From Eledone cirrhosa (taxonomy: Eukaryota): a stretch of DNA of 64,000 nucleotides. Made by a program: the position numbers and the translations under genes. Numbering within the stretch: the stretch's first letter is position 1; each line of letters starts with the position of its first letter. The notes below the pieces were generated by a model. It worked only from the letters and a program-made list of their open reading frames with translations. It was not told where the DNA came from and did not search any database. The DNA lies in assembly GCA_964016885.1 (NCBI GenBank), contig OZ024752.1, forward strand, positions 4,526,001 to 4,590,000, in the 5' to 3' direction. Below are positions 49,676-64,000 of the stretch, piece after piece.

Positions 49676-51831
49676 AATATGGTTTTATAAATATAGTTTC
49701 CATTTATTAAATATCATTGTATATATATATATATATATACATGTATGTATGTATATCACACACATGTCTATGTTAAGAATTATTTCCATAAAGTCTGTAT
49801 TGTGTGTTATGTATATATTTGCATGTGTGTATGTACATATGTCTGTCATTGTGTCATCTACACACACACACACATATGTGTGAACAATGTTATCATGACC
49901 TATGTGACATCTTCAAATTGACTCTCTCCCATTCAACTTGATATTAGATGGTGAAACAATAAGAATTTTCAAGCTGTGTGCTTATTTGTTCTTTAGAAAC
50001 ATTCACAGTTTTGAATCTATAAAAGTGTTGTATCATTTCAAATTAAATTCAGTTGAGATCTTCTATTCTGAAAATAAATACTTTTCTCAAGGTATTGTTT
50101 GAATCTTTTTTCTTTTTTTTCTTCTTGTCTTGTTTTTGTTTTGTTTTGTTTTATTTCGTCCATCTTTTGAAATATGTTTGGTCTTTTTGTTGCATGTGTG
50201 CTGTGTGTATTTTTCATTTGTTTTCTAATCGTTTGTTTTTGGTTGTTGTTTTTTGTTCTAAATGTTTCATCTCTAAAATATTTAAAATTCTAAAGTTAGT
50301 AGTTTTATAAACACATTTTGAAATGTTCATAAAAATTCAATTTCCATTAATAAAATCTTTATTATAGTAAGTATTGCTGGAGTGGATTTCATCAGCCTTT
50401 CTTCTCAGTCAATTTTCTTCAATATTTAAAAGCTTCCAGCTAAAGAAAGCATGTCTTAAATGGTGGAGTACTATTTGAAAACGATGCTGAATGTGATCTG
50501 ATAAAGGCATTTCTGATTTATTTTACATCCAGCTGTAAAACAAAAGTGATAGTTTGTGCCTTGCGAGCAAAATTTGGTAGACAGAAACTGTGTGGAAGCT
50601 TATTGTATGTGTACTATGTGAAATTTGGATATTTACAGTGTAATAAACTTGTTAAGTGCATATGCTTTGCTGAGGGATCTAAAGACAAGTTGGCATAAAG
50701 ACAAGGTTAACTACTACAAGATTTCTGGTCTCTGAACACCCTGAAAGGGAATTTGTGAGGCTAGTCTCAACTGATTGAAATTCTTTTTGCTTGCCCTATC
50801 TAGAATGTAAGACTCTACTTGTATGTATATTCATCATGCAGAGCACTTTCTTCAGGCATTTTCATCTCTTACTTCCACTACAGCAGCTCCTACTCCTCTA
50901 CCTCTTGCTAACCAGCACCAGTGTGATGTAGTATATACCTGCTATAACCTGGATGAACAACATCCTTTTGACAGCAAGCATACCAAAAATCAAAAGAAAA
51001 ACAAAACATTGTTTACATTTTAAGCACTTGTCTGTCAACAATGTATTAAATAACTATTACATAATGATGTTTTAATGAATTTGAAATATACATAACAGGT
51101 GTGATGAGAATATGTAAAATTGTCTCTCTTTTTCGTTCTTAATATTGATATAGTTACCCATGAGTGCTTGACATTGATTACACCATAATTAGTTTGGATC
51201 AACCAACAAAGATTATTGAAAATAAATTATATATATATGTATATAACTGTGTGTACTTGGTTCAAATAGACACAGCATGCCTCTGTATGTTGTAAGAAGC
51301 GATTAAAAGAGTTAGTGTCAGGCAAGGCTGTAAAACATTGCCTTAAAAAGACCTGGTCAACTCAAACCAGCCTGGAAGAGTTGATATAAAAACTGATAAT
51401 GATATGTGTGTGTATGTGTGTATGTATACATGTGTATTTGTGTGTGTGGTCCCTTTTCCCAACTGTGTGTGTGTGTGTTTGTGTGTATCTATGTATATTT
51501 ATGTGCTTGTATGTGTGAACCCTTTTCTCATTGTTTGTCATCATTTTAGCATCTTTTGTGTATATGTGTGTTTGTGTATGCGTGTATATGTTTGTATGTG
51601 TATGTATGTATTTATATATATATGTGTGTGTGTGTATGTATGCATGTGTATGTATGTATATATGTGTTTGTGTGTATGCATGTATATGTGTGTTTGTGTG
51701 TGTATCCCTTTTCTAGTTTCTTTTGTCATCATCCCTGTACAGTTTTTTGTGCTATTTCTGTAATATCCACTTCCTTTATTAATGCTACGCATCCTTTCTC
51801 TACTACAAACACACACACTCACACTCTTTCT

Positions 51832-51867
<36 letters not shown>

Positions 51868-51969
51868 ATATATATATATATATATATATCGGGAATCTAC
51901 CCACCCTAGATATATATATATATATATAATATATATGTACACTCATTAGATGCTGTTGACGTAGGACAC

Positions 51970-52022
<53 letters not shown>

Positions 52023-52356
52023 ATATATGGACATATGCACATATATATATATACACACAAACACACACATATATATAGAGATTTACACACATACGTTAGA
52101 TATTGTGTATAATATTTTGTAGTGACTGGAGCTAACATATTTCTATAGAATCTAATGAGTTGCAAACCTTGACATGTATTTGGAACAATAAAACAGGAGT
52201 CTACAGAAATTTCTCCTCTTATATAATCACAGTATTTGATCAAAAGGGAAGTTCAAATTGTCTTGACTGTCCTCTCTCTCTCTGTATTTCTTTGTTTTTT
52301 AATTTCAAATATTAGCTCTTGTATCTCCCCCCCCCCAGATACCACCACTAACGATA

Positions 52357-52412
<56 letters not shown>

Positions 52413-53779
52413 AACAATAACAACAATCGCAACCAACAACAGCATCAAAAATGCAACCACCACAACTACCACCACTAACAACAACAATAACTACAACACA
52501 ACCACCACCACCACAGCCACCACCACTAACAACACCACCACCACCACCACTAACAACTCCAACAGCCACCACCAACAACTCCAACAACAACCACCACCCT
52601 CAACAGTAACCTAATGCTCAATCCTTAATGGAATGTTGTGATCCCTGTTAATATTTGTGAAGTGTGTTGCTTTCAACTGTTTCCCATAAATCAAGAGGCC
52701 TTCAAATACCCTAGAATGATAAAGCCTAATGGAGGCGGGTTCTGTCTGAACATTATGGTTGAAAAACAAAAAACAAAATGGCATCAACAAAAATGGCTGC
52801 CTTCCAGCAATGAAATACGTGTGCTATTTCCTCTTTAGCAATATTGTTTTGTAATGCCACTTTATTTTTTTGATCTTTTTGATTGATAGTTAGAATTTTA
52901 ATGCTGTTCTTTCATGTGTTCTCTTTATGTAAAGAAATTAATTTTGGGAATCCAGTTAAGATGACCGAAAGTTAGTTTTCTTGACCTTCTCTTGTCTTCG
53001 TGTTCTCGTTTTATCATGTTGTTACATAATTTATGTTTTTGAGAGTAAAGTGTGGGCGTTAGAGGTGGATGGGGTGACAGAGCAAGGTTAGTTAAAAAAG
53101 ATTCACAGAGGCTGGAAGTTAATGCTTTGCCTTTGCTCACAAAAAATGGAATTTTGCTTGAATGAGGGAGAATTTCTAAGTGGTTGCTAGAAAGAACAGC
53201 CAAACCCTATTTAAACCAAACTAAACCATCTTATCATCTTAGTAAAAAGAGATATTAGTTAATGTAATGCTAAGTTCTCCACACACAGGAAAAAATGAGA
53301 TGGTCATGGATGGATCACCTTTAATCATAGGTTTCCTAGGTTCCTCTAAGGATTTACTTCCCCTGCTAAAAATATTAGTCAAATCTCACTAATATAAATA
53401 TTAAGGGCACATTAGAAAATGTATTTCAAGGTGCATTGATGTCACCCACAGTGCTTTTGGTTGGTGAGGGCGCTGACTTAATAATTAACAATAACAACTA
53501 TAACGAAGAATAGCATCTCTTTCTCCCTTAAACTTTGTCACTTTCTCTCACTTTCTCTCCCCCCCCCCTTCTCTCCCTCTCTCTCTCCCCCTCTCTCTCT
53601 TTCTCTTGTGTTAGTGTGTGTAAAATGATAAATAAAATATAAATAGTAGGTTAGTCTCCATAGTTGTGAGTTGATATAACATTAGTGTAACATGAAATAT
53701 CACCACCACCACCACCACCACCACCATATGCCATATTGCTATGGCTGCTTCTATACATTATTGTTATTATAATCATGGC

Positions 53780-53990
53780 AATGGATTGGCAAAATCAATA
53801 GAGCATCAGACATTATGCTTAGCAGCATAGAGTTACAGCCCTTTGCATTCTGAGTTCAAATTGCACCGAGGTTAGATTTGCTTTTCATCCTTACGGGGTC
53901 GATAATATAAAGTACCAGTAATACAGTGAAATCGATTTAATCGATCTTCCCCTCCCCTTGAAATTTCTGGCCTTGTACCTATAGTAGAAA
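53780..53990 (+). mobile_element. SINE family A
   Basis: Consensus match. Confidence 0.8.
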
Positions 53991-54149
53991 TCAGTATAAT
54001 CATCTATCAGCTTTTGTTTTTGTGTTAGCATGAGTTGGATGTGTTGTAACTGACTGTGTACATAATTGCAGCTACTGTCTCCCCTGTTGAACCAAGGTTT
54101 TGTGTAGGGAGAGACACATCTCGCATGTATTTTGGGTATGGGCATGATT

Positions 54150-54480
54150 TATGCAATGTACTAGGTGAATTTTATCATGGCATTAGTATTAGGGAGGTTT
54201 TCATGTCCTTGACACAATTGAAAGATCCTTTCAGCCCTTTTTGTTTTTGGTAATATTACAGAGTGTACTGGGTGCATTTTATCATGGCATTAGTATTAGG
54301 GACGTTTTCATGTCCTTGACACAATTGAAGGATATTCTCAGTCTTTTTTTTTTTTATATTTACATATTACAGAGTGTACTAGGTGTGTATTTTATCATGG
54401 CAGCAGCATTAGGGAAGTTTTCATTTATTTAACACAATTGAAGGATCCTTTCAGCCCTTTTTTTTTAGTATTACAGAACA
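54150..54480. repeat. Diverged ~110-bp tandem repeat x3
   Basis: GTACT..GTG..TTTTATCATGGCA..AGTATTAGGGA..TTTTCAT..ACACAATTGAAG repeated three times. Confidence 0.75.
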
Positions 54481-55465
54481 TTAAAGGCATTATTTAACAT
54501 TCTGTGAATCTGATGATTCCAAGCAGTAATGTAGCTAATGAGGTGTTCATAGGGTAGAAGTGGAAGACCAATGTCTTTCAAATGTTTTTTACTCACTTTT
54601 ATACTGGACTTCCCTTTCTCTTCTCTCAGTGTATTCTTTGTGGTACATTATTCCAGCTATTGGTGTAGTAAAGCAACAAATAGCATATCTGAATCAAACC
54701 AGCTAATGGTGGTGAATCATTTGGACAATATTGTACTCCAGACCATTCTGCAAAGAAAGGACTGGGTGTAATGGTTATTATTGCCAGTCATGATTGACAA
54801 GGAAGTTAGACAGGATATGAATGCTGAGAGGAAAGAGAAGCAAGTTAAGAATGCCATAGTGGAGGTGGCATGCACAAAATATTGGACATGTAGCATCTGC
54901 CATAATTATGGATCAGCTTAATTCTTGTTGATGAAATTGGGTAGACAGAAACTCTGTTGAAGACCATTGAGGCTAAACCGACCTGGGGCTAAACAATAAA
55001 ACTAGACAATTCTGCCTCAATGTTTTAGATAGAGAAATGTAAAAGAAAGAGAGTGACACAGAGGAAAGTGGAGAAGGGCAACCCACCTGTGCCACCAAAT
55101 TTAAGATACCAGAAGCTCAGTTTCTCACATAAAAGACTTTAACACCTGTTTTCTGTTTTGTTTATAGAAGATCTTGATTTATATATCCTTTGTTAAGAAT
55201 TATACACACCCTATAGAATCACAAGTCTTTTCTATATATATACACAACTACATAGGCATAACCTCATGAGTGTTTATATCAATGTCTAATGTGTGTTTAT
55301 ATATTCTTGATTTATTTGTGTGTGTGTGTATGTACACACAGCACAAGTATATAGTAGCTTGTGTGTTTGTGTAAAAATTCACACCTTTTGAACCAGAAGA
55401 GGGAAGTTATATGTCTACACTACTCTGTTATCTCTGAATTTATGTATACAACTCTACATCTATGG

Positions 55466-55496
<31 letters not shown>

Positions 55497-55644
55497 AGCC
55501 ACATATGTCCTCTTATAAATGAATGGTTATATGTGTTTATATACATTGTCAGTAAAGAAGGATATGTACAACCACACACATGCAGACACACAAATTATCA
55601 TATGTATATATATATATGTGTATATATATATGTGTGTATATATA

Positions 55645-56027
55645 TCATCATCATCACTTTACATCCGCTTTTCCCTGCTTGCCAGGGTGGGACGGGAACT
55701 GATTCTGGCTTGATTTCTACAGCTGGATGCCCTTCCTAACACCAACCTCATTTACAGTGAGTGCTGGGTGCTTTTTTTTCTGTGGCACCTCCACATCCAC
55801 TTTACATGTGTGGGCTTGGTGCTCTTTTGGAGTGGCACCTCCACGACCACTTTACAGTGGAATGATAGGGACCCCAGTCCCTATCATCTCATTTCTACAG
55901 CTGAGTAAACTGGAGCAATGTGAAATAAAGTGTCTTGCTCAAGGAAACAACACATCACCCAGTCTGAGAATTGAACTCACAACCTTTCGATTGCAAGGCC
56001 AATGCTCTAACCACTAAGCCATGTGCC
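55645..56027 (-). mobile_element. SINE family B
   Basis: Close reverse-complement match to 24513-24986. Confidence 0.85.
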
Positions 56028-56305
56028 TCTATATATATAGATATATATGTGTATATGTGTATATAATAAGTAGAAATTGATTAACATATAAATAAACATG
56101 AATAATCACAGGAGATAATTTTTACAAGTGTGTAAGCACACATAGCTAGGTAGGTAACTAAATAAAGTTAACCAGAACTTCAAAAATAGGTACCTTATAA
56201 GCCCCAGAGGGCTTCCTTGGTTCTTAAAGTGCCGACGTTGCGCTCCGTCGCTTACATTGTGTCAATGAGCCTTTCGTCTTTGTTTCTGCATTTGATTATG
56301 TGTTT

Positions 56306-58478
56306 CCACCACCACCACTACTCTACACCCCACCACCACTACTCTACACTCCACCACCACTACTCTACACCCCACCACCACTACTCTACACTCCACCACC
56401 ACTACTCTACACCCCACCACCACTACTCTACACTCCACCACCACTACTCTACACACCACCACCACTACTCTACACTCCACCACCACTACTCTACACCCCA
56501 CCACCACTACTCTACACTCCACCACCACTACTCTACACCCCACCACCACTACTCTACACTCCACCACCACTACTCTACACCCCACCACCACTACTCTACA
56601 CTCCACCACCACTACTCTACACTCCACCACCACTACTCTACACCCCACCACCACTACTCTACACTCCACCACCACTACTCTACACCCCACCACCACTACT
56701 CTACACTCCACCACCACTACTCTACACCCCACCACCACTACTCTACACTCCACCACCACTACTCTACACCCCACCACCACTACTCTACACTCCACCACCA
56801 CTACTCTACACCCCACCACCACTACTCTACACTCCACCACCACTACTCTACACCCCACCACCACTACTCTACACTCCACCACCACTACTCTACACCCCAC
56901 CACCACTACTCTACACTCCACCACCACTACTCTACATTCCACCACCACTACTCTACACCCCACCACCACTACTCTACACTCCACCACCACTACTCTACAC
57001 CCCACCACCACTACTCTACACTCCACCACCACTACTCTACACTCCACCACCACTACTCTACATTCCACCACCACTCTACACCACCACCACCACCACTCTA
57101 CACCACCACCACCACCACTCTACACCACCACCACCACCACCACTCTACACCACCACCACCACTCTACACCACCACCACCACCACCACCACCACTCTACAC
57201 CACCACCACCACTCTACACCACCACCACCACCACCACTCTACACCACCACCACCACCACTCTACACCACCACCACCACCACCACTCTACACCACCACCAC
57301 CACCACTCTACACCACCACCACCACCACTCTACACCACCACCACCACCACTCTACACCACCACCACCACCACCACCACTCTACACCACCACCACCACCAC
57401 TCTACACCACCACCACCACCACCACTCTACACCACCACCACCACTCTACACCACCACCACCACTCTACACCACCACCACCACCACCACTCTACACCACCA
57501 CCACCACCACCACTCTACACCACCACCACACCACCACCATCACTCTACACCACCACCACCACCACTCTACACCACCACCACCACCACCCACTCTACACCA
57601 CCACCACCACCACCACCACCACTCTACACCACCACCACCACTCTACACCACCACCACCACCACCACTCTACACCACCACCACCACCACTCTACACCACCA
57701 CCACCACTCTACACCACCACCACCACCACTCTACACCACCACCACCACCACCACTCTACACCACCACCACCACCACTCTACACCACCACCACCACCACCA
57801 CCACTCTACACCACCACCACTCTACACCACCACCACCACCACCACTCTACACCACCACCACCACCACCACTCTACACCACCACCACCACCACCACTCTAC
57901 ACCACCACCACCACCACCACCACTCTACACCACCACCACCACTCTACACCACCACCACCACCACTCTACACCACCACCACCACCACCACCACTCTACACC
58001 ACCACCACCACCACCACTCTACACCACCACCACCACCACCACTCTACACCACCACCACCACTCTACACCACCACCACCACCACCACCACCACCACCACTC
58101 TACACCACCACCACCACTCTACACCACCACCACCACCACCACTCTACACCACCACCACCACCACCACCACTCTACACCACCACCACCACTCTACATCACC
58201 ACCACCACCACTCTACACCACCACCACCACTCTACACCACCACCACCACCACTCTACACCACCACCACCACCACTCTACACCACCACCACCACTCTACAT
58301 CACCACCACCACTCTACACCACCACCACCACTCTACACCACCACCACCACTCTACACCACCACCACCACTCTACACCACCACCACCACCACTCTACACCA
58401 CCACCACCACCACCACTCTACACCACCACCACCACTCTACACCACCACCACCACCACTCTACACCACCACCACCATCA
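56306..58478. repeat. CAC-rich satellite: 21-bp CACCACCACTACTCTACACYC units, then CTCTA(CAC)n units of variable length
   Basis: Direct; unit structure changes near 57070. Confidence 0.95.
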
Positions 58479-59002
58479 CCTCTCCCAGTCTTATGTCTTC
58501 TCTTTCTAATTTGAAAACATTAATGCTTAATATTTCATAAAGCAAGAAACTAATTTATATTGGCAAAGGGGGGGGGGTGTAACATGGTGGTGTAGTATGA
58601 GGGTGGTGGTGGTGATGTAGCATGGTGGTGGTGGTGGTGGTGGTGTAACATGGTGGTGGTGGTGGTGGTGGGTAGAATGGTGGTGTAGTATGAGGGTGGT
58701 GGTGGTGGTGGTGTAACATGGTGGTGGTGGTGGTGGTGGTGTGTAGAATGGTGGTGGTGGTGGTGGTGTGTAGAATGGTGGTGGTGGTGGTGGTGTGTAG
58801 AATGGTGGTGGTGGTAATGAGGGTGGTGGGGTGCTGGAGGAGGAGAACAAAATAGAGGTAAAGCCATGTATATAGAAATGACTGGATTAAAGATGTTTCT
58901 ATGAATATGTATACATGTGGTATGCGTGTATATATATATATATATAGAGAGAGAGATGTAAGTGTGTGTATGTATGTATGATTGTATGTGTGTATGTATG
59001 TT

Positions 59003-59047
<45 letters not shown>

Positions 59048-59054
59048 AAATGTA

Positions 59055-59091
<37 letters not shown>

Positions 59092-59989
59092 ATGTATGTA
59101 TATATATACATATACACGACTGCATATATATACAAACATACACACACCCGCATATATATATATATTTACATATACACATATATACACGCCCCCCCCCCCC
59201 ACACACACACACCTATATATATATATATATAGGTGTGGTAGTAATAAGCAACTGTAATATAATCGATCATATGTTTCCAATAAATCAATGAGATTACATC
59301 AAAGTAAACATCACAACGATAACAGAGAGAATAGAATAGAATTATGAAATATAATTTTTGTACCAATTACAAGTCTTTTAGTTGTGATGTTTGTTGCAGC
59401 CGCAGACATTTTAATATATTTTTTATTTGTGTATATATATATATACATATATATATATACACATATATATATATACATATATATATATACACATATATAT
59501 ATATATATATACACATATATATACACATATATATATATCCTGCGATTTTGTAGTTTGGGTGATTTTTGTTGTTGTTGTTGCTGTTGGTGGTGGTGGTAGT
59601 GCATGTATTGTGGGTGGCGGTGTTGTTGAGGTGTGGTGTTGGTGGATGTAGTGGTGGTGGTAATGTTGATGGTTGTGTTATTGGGGGGGGGGGCGCTATT
59701 ATTGGTGGTCAAGGTGTTCCTGTTGGTGCAGGTGGCGGTGTTGTTGTTAGTGGTGGCGATGTGGTTGTTGTTGTTGTTGTTGTTGTTGTTGGTAGATAGA
59801 TGTCTTAGTGCTGTTGTTGTTGGTGTTGTTGTTGGCTATGGTATTCTCATCCACCCCTTCTTCTCTTCCCTCTCTCTCAGTTAATCTCATTACATCCCTC
59901 TCCTTCTCGTACATAGTTTCTTTTCTTCCCTCTCCATCTCTCTGCCCCTTCTCCCTCCTCTCTCTCTCCCCCAGTCCTCAATCTCTCTC

Positions 59990-60067
59990 TCTCTCTCTCT
60001 CAGTTCATCTCACTATATCTCTGTCTCTCTCACATAGTCACCCTTCTCTACCTATCATTCCCCACCT

Positions 60068-60111
<44 letters not shown>

Positions 60112-60209
60112 TCACTATATCTCTCTCTCTCTCTCTCTCTCTCATCTCACTATATCTCTCTCTCTCACACATAGTCACCCTTCTCTACCTAACATTCCCC
60201 ACCTTACAA

Positions 60210-60260
<51 letters not shown>

Positions 60261-60323
60261 TCACTATATCTCTCTCTCTCACACATAGTCACCCTTCTCT
60301 ACCTAACATTCCCCACCTTACAA

Positions 60324-60372
<49 letters not shown>

Positions 60373-60437
60373 TCACTATATCTCTCTCTCTCACACATAG
60401 TCACCCTTCTCTACCTAACATTCCCCACCTTACAATA

Positions 60438-60468
<31 letters not shown>

Positions 60469-60535
60469 TCACTATATCTCTCTCTCTCACACATAGTCAC
60501 CCTTCTCTACCTAACATTCCCCACCTTACAATCAT
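59990..60535. repeat. ~110-130-bp tandem repeat with internal (CT)n, x4
   Basis: CATCTCACTATATC...CATAGTCACCCTTCTCTACCTAACATTCCCCACCTTACAAT repeated. Confidence 0.85.
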
Positions 60536-61299
60536 CTCTTTATATTTTCAACAAAAGCTACAACAGAGATGTATATATTCCATTTATCTGGTTACATAAT
60601 TGCAGTGCATGTGAATCCATGTCTGTATACAGCGTGCATCAGTTGATGTGCGTGCATGCATGTATTTACATGCATTGCATATGACATATATATCATCACC
60701 ATCATCATCATCATCGTTTAATGTCCACTTTCCAGGCTAGCATGGGTTAGACAGGTTGTCCGATTTGAGGCAAGTCGGGTCAGGTGACTGTGCCTTGCTC
60801 ACATAGAACTGTTTCTGGCTTTGTTTTTACAGCTGGACTCACTTCCTAATGCCAACCATATTTACAATGTGTGCTGGGTGCTTTTTGTTGTGACACCTAC
60901 ACAACCACTTTATAGTGTGGGCTGAGTGCTTGTTGTCATGACAATTACACCTACATGTATATATATGTATATATGTAAACATACATTTATATGTGGATGT
61001 GTATGTATATTTTATGGGCAAAACCAACCAGCAGAAGACCCACTGGTAGACCCCGAGCAAGATGGTTGGATAACATACATGAGCTTGGCTCATCTCTCTT
61101 GGCTCATCTCAGTTGGATCAGTTGGAGTTGGTTGCTTCTGACAGGACTTGCTGGAAGGAGTATTTGAGCTTGTATTGAGCTTGTATTCATGATCGTAATC
61201 GATTGAATACATAAAAATATAACTGGCTGCACAGGACTGCTTTGGTCCTTAATGGATAGCTATTGCATGATGTTTATTAGATCTGCTGATTGTGGATTT

Positions 61300-62530
61300 A
61301 AATCAGTATGCTCCACACTTGCTCATAGCTGTACAGGAGGATCATTTGATAATGGTGACAATTAGATTGTACTTCTGGTCATCTGTTCAGTATATTGTTG
61401 GAGCTTTTCAGTCGAACAAAGCCTGCAGTGCTGTGATCCTTCGAAGTATGAAAAGTGACTTTTTTAATGATACTCCATGTTAGATTTGTGATCACTGGAG
61501 GTGTAATGAGGATTCTCTGGCTCTTGACCTAAATCTTTTCAAATGTTGGTAACAACAGTTTTTGAAAGTGTTTCCCATGAGTCCCACACAATTCCTTTTG
61601 ATACCACCATGAAGTGTTATAGATGCTTGACATATCACTACTTTCGAAATATTGGATAGCCTGAGTATGCAAGTATAGAGAGTTCAACAGTTGATTGTTG
61701 AAGCAAGGGCTTTATGTATGTTTTTAATTATAGTGTGTGATGTAGAAGGCAATGTTACTTAGGCAGGCATAACAAACATTGATGTTATGTGTATTGAAAA
61801 AAGTTTATTGTATTTGTATGCTGGTGGAAAGTGTTGCTTTCCTAGAGCTAGAAAATTCTAGGTAATATCGTAAAACCCAAATTATATGGTAGATTAAACT
61901 ATGTAGCTTTACTTTTACTGGCACTGCTCTGATATATGTGGCATGTTTTTCATATATACTGCCTTTTCACAACTAATGCTGAGCTTTCGTAAAGATCTGA
62001 GACTTCTCTTCTTATTCGAGCTGCAAGATTCTTATTGATAGCTGCAGTCGGGTTTGAATTTATGTTGATGTATATAGTCTCCTCATTAGGATGTTTGTGG
62101 TCGTAGTGTTTATTTCACTTTAAATCTAGTTCTGTGTCTAGGAAGTTGGGTATCGTTAAATTAGTGCTAATGGTTATGTTTAAGTCAGACTCTCTAAATA
62201 TTTGTTAATGAATCCGTTCTAAACCTGCCTATAGCAGGATTATTCATATTATATGGGATGGCTATGCTGTCATTTATCTACAGTCTAAGGTTATGCAAGG
62301 GAGTTGCTTTCATGGAGTATATGCTAGTCTACATCAGTTCCATCATTAATCCTTTGATACTCTCTTCACTGAAGCCTGCTGTGAAAACTCTTCATTAAGC
62401 ACTCTCCTTCCTTGTCATTGTACACTCTTTTTATTGAGAACCACTTTGTAAACCCTTCACTAATAGAATTCCATTGTTGCTCACATTTTATCTACATATG
62501 TCAAAACTGAACACCAACCACTTCAATCTC
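61300..62530 (-). pseudogene. Heavily decayed Penelope-like retroelement ORF (RT, linker, GIY-YIG)
   Basis: Minus-strand remnants across frameshifts: FSFDI, LNITISTNLTIPNFLD, PNEETIYIN, KQHFPP..FNTHNINVCYACLSNI, VGLMGNTFK, TWSIIKK, LNR*PEVQSNCHH, colinear with PLE protein motifs. Confidence 0.7.
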
Positions 62531-62971
62531 ACCCCCATCTGGGAAGATTTCCAGAGGTTATTAGGACTGACCTTCATCTTCTAAGACTTGTATATAGAAT
62601 AAAACACGTACTGAGATCACTTGAATCTCTTATATTCAATTAATTAATACCAATCTGTGTCAGTATATGAAATCATTAATAATAATAATAGTAATAATAT
62701 AGACCCATTAATATGGTCTATATTATTTCAATAAGACATTGATATTGATATATGCCCTGTTCAATATAGTATATTGATATTATCATTGTATGCTATAGAT
62801 CTTAGTGAGTTTCCCTATATTAATTAGTTCATTGGGAGGGAAAATATCTTTAAATGTCATGTTCAGACATAAAAGTCTTAATTAGAAACCCACAACCACC
62901 ATCAATCCAGCCATCTCACTATTTCTCCTAACACTCTCTATCTTATGCAACACATGTACAAACTCACTCTC

Positions 62972-63007
<36 letters not shown>

Positions 63008-63052
63008 ATCCAATTTAACATCGATTTTCAAAGCTTACATGGGTTAGATAGG

Positions 63053-63083
<31 letters not shown>

Positions 63084-63690
63084 AGTCCTACCTATGCTAT
63101 CGTGGAAAATGGACATTAAACGATGATGATATATATAGAGAGAGAGAGAGATGGGGGGGGGGGGGGGGGGGCGACGACAAAGAGACAGATAACTCATAAA
63201 GACTGAATATAGTAAAAATGCTGTGTTCTGCATTGCAAGGCAGTGTGTCAGTGCAAATCAGGATGTTGTTGGAGATAAATGTGTCCGGAATGATGCAGGT
63301 GTACTTTGAGAATATTAGTTTAATGTTCAGATGTGAGACAAAGGGAGTACATAGCTTCTGCCTTCATCAGAGGAAGAAAAAATATAGGAAATGATTTATC
63401 ATCTTCATCTTCTTTTTTTAGGGGTGACTAGTCTCACTCTGTCTAAAGATGCTGTGCTGAAAGGGATCTGTCCAATCCATGCATTCATGGGACAACGGTG
63501 GAGGTGTATATATGCCACTCACCATAAAATATCCTAGGAACACCATAAAGTATGGGTTCCTATTAGGAAGGGCATCCATTCATAGAAAACATTCCCCAAA
63601 TGTATTATCTAACCCATGCAAGCATGGAAACAAATGGAAAGTGAAAATGATGATGATATCTGTATGTTTGTATACACACACAAACACACA

Positions 63691-63744
<54 letters not shown>

Positions 63745-63747
<3 letters not shown>

Positions 63748-63960
63748 TGTAATGTGGCCGTGTAGGCAACACGGTAAAAACCTCCCAGACCCACACTGTA
63801 AATGTGGTTGGTGTTAGGAAGGGCATCCAACTGTAGAAAACCCGCCAGATAGTCCTATGCGAGCAAGATAATCACTCTTGCCTCAAGTGGGACTACCCCC
63901 GTCCAAACCCATGCAAGCGTGGAACACGGACGTTAAACGTTGATGATGATGATGATGATA
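63745..63960 (+). mobile_element. RTE 3'UTR/tail fragment
   Basis: GTTAGGAAGGGCATCCAA...CCCATGCAAGCGTGGAACACGGACGTTAAACGTTGATGATGAT. Confidence 0.8.
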
Positions 63961-64000
63961 TATATATATCATCATCATCGTTTGTCCATCTTCCACGCTA

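Larger units (their letters stand above)
49308..49719. mobile_element. Penelope-like terminus in fold-back arrangement within (TA)n
   Basis: Arms 49400-49551 and 49567-49719 are near-perfect inverted repeats with a 15-nt spacer; homologous to 24040-24270. Confidence 0.7.

Noticed and set aside
56217-58540. Extensin-like or His-rich 750-aa ORFs
   Set aside because: Unit lengths are not constrained to triplets, so the peptide cycles through all frames; a satellite artefact

Overview
Eukaryotic, AT-rich, very repeat-dense DNA that is mostly intronic or intergenic. The SINE, RTE and MITE families and the microsatellite load suggest a coleoid cephalopod (octopus-like) genome; this is an inference from repeat recognition. 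No intact protein-coding gene is visible. There is one well-bounded + strand exon (1135-1262) and a probable terminal exon/3'UTR from 9805. The rest is decayed transposons (RTE, CR1, Tx1/L1, CRE-like and Penelope retroelements; tRNA-derived SINEs; a DD37D maT element; piggyBac-, mariner- and pogo-type MITEs; a Helitron) and many young minisatellites. Main observations: (1) three copies of a minimal type I hammerhead ribozyme with compensatory stem changes, two of them forming the arms of a ~320-bp fold-back, in Penelope-type termini; (2) several minisatellites demonstrably born from short pieces of transposons (RTE ORF, CRE-like endonuclease, SINE tail, MITE end); (3) an exon whose reading frames are each broken by a single stop. 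Almost all long ORFs in the supplied track are translations of repeats. Coordinates of decayed elements are approximate.
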